Shown here: piece after piece, positions 25,651 through 32,000 of the stretch
Layout: every line of letters begins with the position of its first letter
Position numbering within the stretch: the first letter of the stretch is position 1
DNA from: Candidatus Saccharimonadota bacterium
GTDB lineage: Bacteria; Patescibacteriota; Saccharimonadia; Saccharimonadales; Saccharimonadaceae
Reading direction: 5' to 3'
Length of the DNA stretch: 32,000 nt
Assembly (NCBI GenBank): GCA_049296095.1
Contig: JBAQRV010000001.1
Span: 570,001 to 602,000, forward strand
The notes under the pieces: model-generated
Told to the model about the DNA's origin: nothing
The model's input: only the letters and a program-made list of their open reading frames with translations
Databases searched by the model: none
Translations under genes and position numbers: made by a program

Positions 25651-26316
25651 ATGGCTAGTAGTAAGGTGGGGAATCCTCGAAACGTGGCAGATAAAAGGCG
25701 AGTACGGCGAACAATGAAAGACTTGCAGCGTATAAAGACGTGGCAGCTTCTTGTTTTGTTACTTTTGGTCGGGTTTATTGCCGCGACCTTTCTCCGCTTG
25801 AATAATATTGGCATGGTTGAACGGCGAACTGCTGTTGTGAGTGCCGATGAAGCGGGTGATCAGGACGTATTGATCAAGCGGTTGTATGATCTACAACAAT
25901 ATGTCAGTAGTCATATGAACACTGACATGGGTTCTGGTGTACCACTGCAGGCGAGTTATGATCGTGCTGTTGATAAGGCGATCAATGATGCGGTCAGTGG
26001 GGGTGAATCGAGCGGGAATATCTATAAGATAGCTGATGACTACTGTGCCCCACAATTCAGTGCTTATTCGACCGCATATCTCAACTGTTTCCTCGGTCAA
26101 CTCGAGAAATACCCTACAGCTGCAGAGCTGATAGAAAATGTTGAAAAACCATCACCAGAACTATATGTTCATGACTTTGCCTCACCAGTTTGGTCACCTG
26201 ATTTTGCTGGCTGGTCACTGGTCATTTGTGCTGTTCTTGTTCTGATGATTATCGCGAGGTTGGTTGGTCTCGCGATCCTGAGAGTGATGCTTCATCGTCA
26301 CTACCGTCACATTTAA
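25651..26316 (+). CDS. Hypothetical membrane protein (N- and C-terminal TM helices)
   Basis: Start chosen at the ATG at 25651; the ATG at 25714 is also possible. The ORF-track start at 25561 abuts the divergent murC start and is unlikely. Confidence 0.5.
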   Translation: MASSKVGNPRNVADKRRVRRTMKDLQRIKTWQLLVLLLLVGFIAATFLRLNNIGMVERRTAVVSADEAGDQDVLIKRLYDLQQYVSSHMNTDMGSGVPLQASYDRAVDKAINDAVSGGESSGNIYKIADDYCAPQFSAYSTAYLNCFLGQLEKYPTAAELIENVEKPSPELYVHDFASPVWSPDFAGWSLVICAVLVLMIIARLVGLAILRVMLHRHYRHI

Positions 26317-26387
26317 TATTGACAGTGGCCCCGTCAAGGCTGTACGCTTACTCTCGTATAGCACTAATAGGAGGTATAAGAACTACC

Positions 26388-26594
26388 ATGGCTTACAGTC
26401 ACACAAACTCAAAAGGCGTTACTTACTACTTGCACAGCACTGAAGTAACCCTTCGTGGTGGAAAACCACAAACTATCTACTTCTTCGCGAAGGTAGAAAA
26501 GAACGCTAAGGGTCAGCCAGTTGAGCTGCCTGAAGACCGCGTTGTTAAAGAAAACCCACGCAACGGCTTCTTGACTGTTTCTAAAAAGAAATAG
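26388..26594 (+). CDS. Small basic conserved-looking protein (68 aa)
   Basis: MAYSHTNSKGVTYYLHS..., with AGGAGG 9 nt upstream and a strong terminator downstream. The longer ORF-track start is rejected. Confidence 0.6.
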   Translation: MAYSHTNSKGVTYYLHSTEVTLRGGKPQTIYFFAKVEKNAKGQPVELPEDRVVKENPRNGFLTVSKKK

Positions 26595-26663
26595 TTTAAG
26601 AATAGTCTTGCACCTTAAGCAATTTGGCAATATACTAGAGCCAAACAAACAGGTGCCAAAATT

Positions 26664-26686
26664 GCCCCCTCCCCGGGGGCTTTTTT
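26664..26686 (+). terminator. Intrinsic terminator
   Basis: Stem GCCCCC/GGGGGC with a 5-nt loop, followed by TTTTTT. Confidence 0.8.
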
Positions 26687-26724
26687 GTTGCCCAGAGGTG
26701 AAAAAGCGTGTAGAATAAAGCGTA

Positions 26725-27480
26725 ATGAAGAACATCATCAAGGTTTCCGGGCTGACAAAACGCTACGGAAATAAGACGACGGTTAAGGGTATCTCTTTTG
26801 ACGTAAAAGAGGGGGAAGTGTTTGGCATTTTGGGTCCAAATGGGGCTGGTAAGACAACGACGCTTGAAATGATCGAGGCACTGCGTCCGATCGATGATGG
26901 GACGGTCTTGCTCGATGGGATCGATGTCAAGAAAGATCCAGCTAGTGTCAAAGAGATTATTGGTATCCAACTCCAATCGACCGCCTTCTTTGATAAGCTG
27001 ACGCTTCGTGAGCAGCTCCAGATGTTCGATGGCCTCTATGGCACGAGTACGAGCCCTGATGAGCTCCTTGAGGAGGTACAGCTGACCGATAAGGCGAAGA
27101 GCTACGTAGAGAAGCTCTCTGGCGGTCAGAAGCAGCGGTTTAGTATTGCTGCCGCGCTTGTGAACAAGCCACGGGTATTGTTCCTCGACGAGCCAACAAC
27201 AGGACTTGATCCTCAGGCTCGTCGTAATTTGTGGGATCTCATTTCATCGATTAAACAAAAGGGTATTACCGTTGTCCTGACGACTCACTATATGGACGAG
27301 GCTGAATTGTTGTGTGATCGAATTGCCATCATGGATAATGGTGAGATTGTGACAATTGATACCCCAAAGAATCTGGTCAAGGCCTTGATCAAGCGTGGCT
27401 TTAAGAAAGCGCAACACGTCGAACAGGCGAATTTGGAAGATGTCTTTATTGATCTGACAGGAAAGGCGATACGCGAATAA
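26725..27480 (+). CDS. ABC transporter ATP-binding protein (ABC-2/DrrA-like)
   Basis: Walker A GPNGAGKTT, signature LSGGQKQR, Walker B LFLDEPT. Promoter TTGCCC-17-TAGAAT at 26688-26716. Confidence 0.9.
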   Translation: MKNIIKVSGLTKRYGNKTTVKGISFDVKEGEVFGILGPNGAGKTTTLEMIEALRPIDDGTVLLDGIDVKKDPASVKEIIGIQLQSTAFFDKLTLREQLQMFDGLYGTSTSPDELLEEVQLTDKAKSYVEKLSGGQKQRFSIAAALVNKPRVLFLDEPTTGLDPQARRNLWDLISSIKQKGITVVLTTHYMDEAELLCDRIAIMDNGEIVTIDTPKNLVKALIKRGFKKAQHVEQANLEDVFIDLTGKAIRE

Positions 27481-28586
27481 TGAAACGTTATATTATTGGT
27501 GTCTTAGTTTTAGCTCGTGCGTACATTCTACGATTCTTCCGCGATAAAACCGCCATATTCTTTACCTTCTTGTTCCCTCTCTTGTTCTTGTTTGTCTTTG
27601 GATCGATTAACAGCGGCAACTCTGACATTAGCTTCAAGATAGCCTTGTTGAATCATTCATCAACTTCATTTGCTCAGACTTTTGATACGCAGCTTCGCGA
27701 GAATGAAACCTTTGAGGTAGTCGGTGGGGTGACAGATTTCGAAGATGCTCGTGAGCGAATGGGACGGGGCGAGATCGACACGATTATTGAGTTACCCGAC
27801 ACATTTGGCGCTTTGAATGACAAGCAGCAACCAAGTGGTGCCTTGAACGTCTATTATAGTGAGGCGAGTCCGCAGTCAGGTCAAGCCGTTGCTGCGGTAA
27901 TGGAAGGGGCGCTGGATGGTATTAATCGAGAGCTCGGGCAACCAGAGCCGCCACTGACGGTGGTACAGAAATCAACCGCCACGGCTAATCTGTCGACGTT
28001 TGATTATGTCTTTGCTGGCTTGCTTGGCTTTACGCTGCTATCGATCGGTATCTTCGGCTTGGCAAATCAAATGCCAGCCGAGAAAAAGACGGGTGCCTTT
28101 CGGCGTCTGCGTGCCTCGCCGATTACCGCTGGACAACTAGTGTTCGCGAATATGATCTATTACCTACTGGTTGGGCTGATTAGTGTTGTTCTCATGTTTG
28201 TGGTCGCTTACTTCATATTTGGTTTCGAAATGAGAGGTAGCTGGTTTAGTTTGGTGCCGTTTATTATTCTGGGAATTGTCAGTATGTTTGGCTTTGGCCT
28301 CGCCATTGGTGGCTGGGCTAAGAATGAGAATCAGTCGGCAGCCCTCACCAATATTGTGGCGTTACCGATGATGTTCTTGTCTGGTGTCTTCTTTCCTCGA
28401 TTTTTGATGCCAGAATGGCTCCAGGGCATCACTGGGTATCTTCCACTGACACCAATTGTTGATGGGTTACGAATGATTATGACTGAGGGCAAGACACTGC
28501 TCGATCTGGGGCCTGAACTGGCGATTATTGGCGTTTGGACGGTGGTGGTCTATGTGGTTGCGATCCGTGTTTTCCGTTGGGAATAG
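27480..28586 (+). CDS. ABC-2 type transporter permease
   Basis: 368 aa with one N-terminal TM, a large extracytoplasmic loop and five C-terminal TMs. Start overlaps the upstream stop. Confidence 0.85.
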   Translation: MKRYIIGVLVLARAYILRFFRDKTAIFFTFLFPLLFLFVFGSINSGNSDISFKIALLNHSSTSFAQTFDTQLRENETFEVVGGVTDFEDARERMGRGEIDTIIELPDTFGALNDKQQPSGALNVYYSEASPQSGQAVAAVMEGALDGINRELGQPEPPLTVVQKSTATANLSTFDYVFAGLLGFTLLSIGIFGLANQMPAEKKTGAFRRLRASPITAGQLVFANMIYYLLVGLISVVLMFVVAYFIFGFEMRGSWFSLVPFIILGIVSMFGFGLAIGGWAKNENQSAALTNIVALPMMFLSGVFFPRFLMPEWLQGITGYLPLTPIVDGLRMIMTEGKTLLDLGPELAIIGVWTVVVYVVAIRVFRWE

Positions 28587-28595
28587 AAGGCAAGT

Positions 28596-29195
28596 ATGTC
28601 AGAAGGTCAGTACGAAAAAGCTCCCGATTTTGTTCAAGATGCAGCGTTGGTAGCTTGGCGGACATACGAACAGGATCTTGCATTACTCCAAAGTAGCTAT
28701 AAGGAGTCCGAAGGACGCTGGGACGCGGTTGTTGATAGTAATGCCCATCCGTACAAGTTTTTAGAGGAATCCAAAGTGAAGGCAGCGTGGCTAGAGGTAA
28801 AGGCTATATTATTGCCATTATATCGACAGTATCAGGCAGCAGAATCTCCTCAAGAATGGATAGAAGATTTTCAGAGCAAACAAGCTGCGAGCGAACATTA
28901 CCAGTCACTTCATGAGACAACACGGGCATGGATCGATGGGTATATAAGTTATCTTGAACGAATGCATGCCTCTACCAAGCAACTTGAGGTAGATGATGAG
29001 TCAAGTACCTTGCCAGTGGCAAAGCCTTTGGACCCATCAGTTATTGAAAATGTACGTGCCGAGATGAAGCCAAAATTGCGTGGGCGTCACGCTGCCGAAC
29101 CTGCTTCGGGGCGTCATCGACGTGAGGATTTTGAGGAACCACTTGCACCTATGCGATCTCATCGGCACACCGATGGTTCATTGACCCTAGAGTAG
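28596..29195 (+). CDS. Hypothetical soluble protein with basic, His/Arg-rich tail
   Basis: 199-aa ORF 9 nt after the permease gene. No recognisable motif. Confidence 0.6.
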   Translation: MSEGQYEKAPDFVQDAALVAWRTYEQDLALLQSSYKESEGRWDAVVDSNAHPYKFLEESKVKAAWLEVKAILLPLYRQYQAAESPQEWIEDFQSKQAASEHYQSLHETTRAWIDGYISYLERMHASTKQLEVDDESSTLPVAKPLDPSVIENVRAEMKPKLRGRHAAEPASGRHRREDFEEPLAPMRSHRHTDGSLTLE

Positions 29196-29216
29196 CGCTC
29201 ATGCTATAAAGAGGGT

Positions 29217-29696
29217 ATGACAGTAGAGCACCCAGTCGATCGGTCAATCACTCCCATGTCGGAGAATTCGGAAAGAGTCGGAGACGAGAGTTATATCGCA
29301 CTTGATATTATTGAAGCAGGTATTGCAAAGTCACGGCAGGAAGGTTTTGCAATACTTAAGGTGCAAATAGAACCTGGAACTCAGTGGATACCGCTAAGCA
29401 TCTATTTATCTGGACGTCCGTTTTATAGCTTGAAAATTGATAATAAGATCCGTAGCGCTATACAGGCTAAATACACTGCAATTGCTAGACGGTATGACCA
29501 TGCTGATGATGTCCCTGCTTCATCGCCAGAACAAGAGGTCGTCATTGATGAACCAACGCTCGAACGAGCCACGGACGCTTCTATGCGAATGGTAGAGAAG
29601 CACACTTCCGGGTCAGATTTAGGAAAGAACGCGCTTCATGGTGCGAGACTGGCAGACTATGCTGAAAAAGCAGCAGGTGATTATGAGCGAGAATAA
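29217..29696 (+). CDS. Hypothetical protein
   Basis: 159-aa ORF, last gene before the terminator at 29701. No recognisable motif. Confidence 0.6.
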   Translation: MTVEHPVDRSITPMSENSERVGDESYIALDIIEAGIAKSRQEGFAILKVQIEPGTQWIPLSIYLSGRPFYSLKIDNKIRSAIQAKYTAIARRYDHADDVPASSPEQEVVIDEPTLERATDASMRMVEKHTSGSDLGKNALHGARLADYAEKAAGDYERE

Positions 29697-29700
29697 TTAG

Positions 29701-29726
29701 AAGCCTCTGATGAGGCTTTTAATTTT
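29701..29726 (+). terminator. Intrinsic terminator
   Basis: Stem AAGCCTC/GAGGCTT with a 4-nt loop, followed by TTAATTTT. Confidence 0.6.
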
Positions 29727-29757
29727 AGTAGGGCATTTGGACGAAGCGAGAACGAAC

Positions 29758-30030
29758 TCAAGGTTTTCCGAATATTGGCCGTTGCAAGTTTTTACTTAAC
29801 GCTTCAAGAGCCGTCCGCTCGTCTACTGTGAGTGATTCAATCGCTTGATCGCAAGCTCTAAAAAGCGGATTCTCTTCGTTGTTAAATACAGATTTGCCAA
29901 GATAAATCGCTATTCTGGGTGAAACTATCGTCCAGTCTGCTCTATCTTCAAAGACGCCGTCTGTCTGTAGGTCACCATTGAATAGGGCTTTTACGCCCCT
30001 ATAGGGTTCACCTTCACATTTTCCACACAT
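29758..30030 (-). CDS. Hypothetical protein (90 aa)
   Basis: ORF only, with no recognisable motif. N-terminal MCGKCEG. Confidence 0.5.
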   Translation of the reverse strand: MCGKCEGEPYRGVKALFNGDLQTDGVFEDRADWTIVSPRIAIYLGKSVFNNEENPLFRACDQAIESLTVDERTALEALSKNLQRPIFGKP

Positions 30031-30114
30031 AGTTGGACTATATCATACATTTGTTTGGTGGGGTGTTATGAGTGAAGTGAGAACTATACTGTATTAAATG
30101 CTTATAAAATTGAA

Positions 30115-30146
30115 TGTCCCCGTGTCGATTCTTCGGCACGGGGACA
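30115..30146 (-). terminator. Intrinsic terminator of the 30153-30578 gene
   Basis: 10-bp stem TGTCCCCGTG/CACGGGGACA, 6 nt after the stop. The minus strand reads on into ATTCAATTTTAT. Confidence 0.7.
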
Positions 30147-30152
30147 GGTTGT

Positions 30153-30578
30153 TCAGTCCGCCAAGCGGAAAGATCCCTTGCGGGCCTTTATATTGTACGT
30201 ACCGACGACCTGCTGACCCGCGAAGGTGCCCTCAAAGGTAGCGATGTCGTTGCTACGACGCCCTCGAGTGATCTTGGAGACGTGAGTGAGCGTAAGATCG
30301 CGTTTGAATAACTGCTCGGAAGCAGAAGTACGCAAGGTTACGTCCATGTCGATGCTCATCCATCCTCGCGGGGGTAGTCCCAAGAAGAAGAACACCTCGG
30401 CGTTCTTTGGTAACTGCTCGGTATACCGCAGCGACCCCTTAACGATTTCGATCTCATCCACGGGGACATGAACCAACAGGGTGATAGCGGACATCTCGTC
30501 ACGCCCTTTCTTGTTGAGCCGATGAAACCTCGGCAAACGGTTGTCGTCCAGAATTGCTTCTGGCCACCTCGCATCCAC
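30153..30578 (-). CDS. Hypothetical protein, GC-richer orphan gene next to a tRNA
   Basis: 141 aa from a GTG, or 113 aa from the ATG at 30494 (GAAAGGG upstream). Has its own promoter and its own terminator. Confidence 0.55.
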   Translation of the reverse strand: MDARWPEAILDDNRLPRFHRLNKKGRDEMSAITLLVHVPVDEIEIVKGSLRYTEQLPKNAEVFFFLGLPPRGWMSIDMDVTLRTSASEQLFKRDLTLTHVSKITRGRRSNDIATFEGTFAGQQVVGTYNIKARKGSFRLAD

Positions 30579-30592
30579 GAGGAATTATGTAA

Positions 30593-30621
30593 ATAATAAA
30601 CTAACATATAGATAATGTCAA
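30593..30621 (-). promoter_or_regulatory. Sigma70-type promoter (TTGACA-17-TATTAT)
   Basis: On the minus strand, the -35 is at 30621-30616 and the -10 at 30598-30593. It begins 2 nt after the tRNA 3' end. Confidence 0.55.
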
Positions 30622-30622
30622 A

Positions 30623-30698
30623 TGGTGGGGCTGGAAGGAGTTGAACCTTCTACCAAGTGGTTATGAGCCGCCTGCTCTGACCGATGAGCTACAGCCCC
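30623..30698 (-). tRNA. tRNA with CAT anticodon (elongator Met or lysidine-type Ile2), CCA encoded
   Basis: Hand-folded: acceptor GGGGCTG/CAGCCCC, anticodon arm GGCGG-CTCATAA-CCACT (G27-U43, C29/A41 mismatch), T arm GAAGG-TTCAACT-CCTTC. The anticodon arm resembles E. coli tRNA-Ile2 as recalled. Confidence 0.85.
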
Positions 30699-30755
30699 AC
30701 GTAGAGGTTATTATAGCCTAGTTATCGGGGTTGAGCTATAATGGGATAAAACGTT

Positions 30756-31205
30756 ATGCCAAAAATAAACATTCGTAAAATCGTATATACCATTCGTCAC
30801 AAGTACGTGACGTTGAATAACGTTGTGATTGCGGTGGCTTTCTTGATTGCGGCCAGCTGGGTGTGGGGTTCGTTGGGGATGATGCAGCGTAACTATACTT
30901 TGCAAAAAGAGGTTGATTACAAGAAACGTCAGTTGGCTTTGACAGAATTGCAGCGAGATAAGCTTGATCTACAAAAGCGATATTATCAGACGACTGAATA
31001 CCAAGAACTGGCGGTGAGAGATACTCTCGGATTGGTACGACCAGGCGAGAAGGTGTTAATCTTGCCACCAAACAGTGATGCGGCCAAGAAGGCCGATGTC
31101 GTCACGTCAGATGTTGTGATTGCCCCAAATAAAGTGAGCAATATTGAGCAGTGGATCAACTTCTTGTTTGGTGGCTACAGTCGCAGTATTTCTGGCGACA
31201 ACTAG
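30756..31205 (+). CDS. Septum formation initiator (FtsB/DivIC-like) protein
   Basis: 149 aa with a single TM helix, a coiled coil and the YQELAVRDTLGLVRPGEKVLIL motif typical of FtsB/DivIC. Confidence 0.7.
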   Translation: MPKINIRKIVYTIRHKYVTLNNVVIAVAFLIAASWVWGSLGMMQRNYTLQKEVDYKKRQLALTELQRDKLDLQKRYYQTTEYQELAVRDTLGLVRPGEKVLILPPNSDAAKKADVVTSDVVIAPNKVSNIEQWINFLFGGYSRSISGDN

Positions 31206-31708
31206 CTTTTCTTTGAGACTTCAAACTCGAGCGATTCGTGGAAAGCTTCCACACCTGATTCGCGCTCCCAATAAGTCGTCATATGGATTTTCTGAGGGTA
31301 GATGATGTACAGGACATAATCGTCATCCTTGCTGACATAAGGAGGGATGTGCCAGCGTCCTTCTTCGGCTGATTGGTCGATAAGCTTGAGAATATCTGCT
31401 TGCTGTTCTTTATCTTCAATGGGGTGTGCAACACCCTCTACTACTGCCTCTGTGCGGCTAAAGGGGTCGAAGGTCACAAATGACACTGTTGGATTTTCGT
31501 GCAGATTCTTAACCTTGCGAGTATCTTTTCGTGTCATAAACGCAAGTTGATAGTTATCGAGGTCAAAGATATTAATGACTGACCCCTGTAGGCGACCACC
31601 TTTAGTGATAGTTGTCATGACGCCTTGTGGATGAGCATGCACAAATGAACGAATCATCTCTTCACTTTCAGGAGATGAAATGTGTTTGATGGCAGTGGTT
31701 ATTTTCAT
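31202..31708 (-). CDS. Pyridoxamine 5'-phosphate oxidase-like FMN-binding (split-barrel) protein
   Basis: 168 aa in the general-stress-protein-26 style (GVMTTITKGGRLQGSVI..., FMTRKDTRKVKNLHENPTVSF). TGcTACAAT lies 6 nt upstream of the ATG. Confidence 0.7.
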   Translation of the reverse strand: MKITTAIKHISSPESEEMIRSFVHAHPQGVMTTITKGGRLQGSVINIFDLDNYQLAFMTRKDTRKVKNLHENPTVSFVTFDPFSRTEAVVEGVAHPIEDKEQQADILKLIDQSAEEGRWHIPPYVSKDDDYVLYIIYPQKIHMTTYWERESGVEAFHESLEFEVSKKS

Positions 31709-31730
31709 ACTCTTATTGTAGCAAACAAAT

Positions 31731-31754
31731 AATCACCTCGTTTTTGAGGTGATT
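31731..31754 (-). terminator. Hairpin terminator after tRNA-fMet
   Basis: 9-bp stem AATCACCTC/GAGGTGATT. The minus strand continues ATTTGTTTG. Confidence 0.55.
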
Positions 31755-31763
31755 AGATAAACT

Positions 31764-31841
31764 TGGTTGCGGGGGTAGGATTTGAACCTACGACCTTGTG
31801 GTTATGAGCCACACGAGCTGACCGGACTGCTCCACCCCGCG
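31764..31841 (-). tRNA. Initiator tRNA-fMet (CAT), CCA encoded
   Basis: CGCGGGG...CCCCGCAACCA with the C1xA72 mismatch and the A11:U24 pair. Anticodon arm TGTGG-CTCATAA-CCACA. Promoter TTGAAA-17-TAAGAT upstream. Confidence 0.85.
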
Positions 31842-31892
31842 ATACAAAGTCTATCTTAACAGATGTAGGTTACTTTTTCAACAGCTGTGAAT

Positions 31893-32000
31893 TTACGCCA
31901 ACTTACTAGCAGCAACTCGAATCGCCTCTGACCAGCTCAGGAAGGCGTGTGGAGTGTCTGCGATTTGACGGGCTGTGAGTCCATGTTTCACTGCTAAAGC
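31893..32000 (-). CDS. C-terminal 35 codons of a gene truncated by the window edge (possibly a pyridine nucleotide-disulfide oxidoreductase dimerisation domain)
   Basis: The minus frame is open to the window end. It reads ...ALAVKHGLTARQIADTPHAFLSWSEAIRVAASKLA*, and the HAFLSWSE segment resembles the HPT.SE motif. Confidence 0.3.
   Translation of the reverse strand, partial: ALAVKHGLTARQIADTPHAFLSWSEAIRVAASKLA

Noticed and set aside
26608-26636. A promoter-like TTGCAC-17-TATACT between the 68-aa gene stop and its terminator.
   Set aside because: It would produce only a ~40-nt transcript ending at the 26664-26686 terminator. The ABC operon has its own promoter (TTGCCC-17-TAGAAT) after the terminator. 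A chance match in an AT-rich 3' UTR is the more likely explanation, though a tiny RNA cannot be excluded.
26409-26976. Minus-strand ORFs 26409-26741 and 26635-26976, and the plus ORF-track start at 26226.
   Set aside because: They are antisense to the well-supported 68-aa gene, the terminator and the ABC ATPase. The 26226 start lies inside the upstream gene, whereas AGGAGG precedes the ATG at 26388.
1-32000. Search for CRISPR arrays, IS elements, transposases, integrases, rRNA genes and prophage structural genes.
   Set aside because: None were seen. There are no spaced direct-repeat arrays, no terminal inverted repeats flanking ORFs and no recombinase-like motifs in any ORF.

Overview
Gene-dense 32-kb chromosomal window with about 45 protein genes, 3 tRNAs, and no transposase, integrase or CRISPR. 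The gene content (archaeal-type AspRS, ClpB without an N-domain, a DBD-only LexA-like protein, many small membrane or hypothetical proteins) suggests a reduced-genome, possibly Patescibacteria/Saccharibacteria-like bacterium; this is inference only. Order of contents: (1) glmS 3' end and a surface-glycan locus (GT-C transferase, GT4, polyprenyl-P sugar transferase, O-antigen-ligase-like protein), interrupted by a two-gene DUF3800 cassette and a long intergenic region with a perfect orphan promoter plus terminator. (2) LexA-DBD-like regulator, tRNA-Asn, then a heat-shock pair (clpB, hsp20), each preceded by a perfect CIRCE operator embedded in its promoter. (3) EEP nuclease/phosphatase, AbrB-like regulator with an MFS efflux pump, DsbA-like oxidoreductase, CBS/CNNM membrane protein, type-2 aspS, TM2 protein. 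(4) A damage-repair group (alkA-like, msrA, cysteine-free MutY-like glycosylase) and a nucleotide-pool group (HD, wHTH-Nudix, MazG-like), followed by murC. (5) An ABC-2 exporter operon with two unknown proteins, a GC-richer orphan gene next to a tRNA(CAT) with a tRNA-fragment remnant, an FtsB/DivIC-like gene, a PNPOx-like gene and an initiator tRNA. The best candidates for undescribed biology are the DUF3800 pair with the adjacent candidate sRNA locus, the tRNA-adjacent orphan cassette, and a recurrent -10 box placed 5-8 nt upstream of start codons (leaderless-type architecture). All protein assignments rest on motif recognition by eye; no searches were run.
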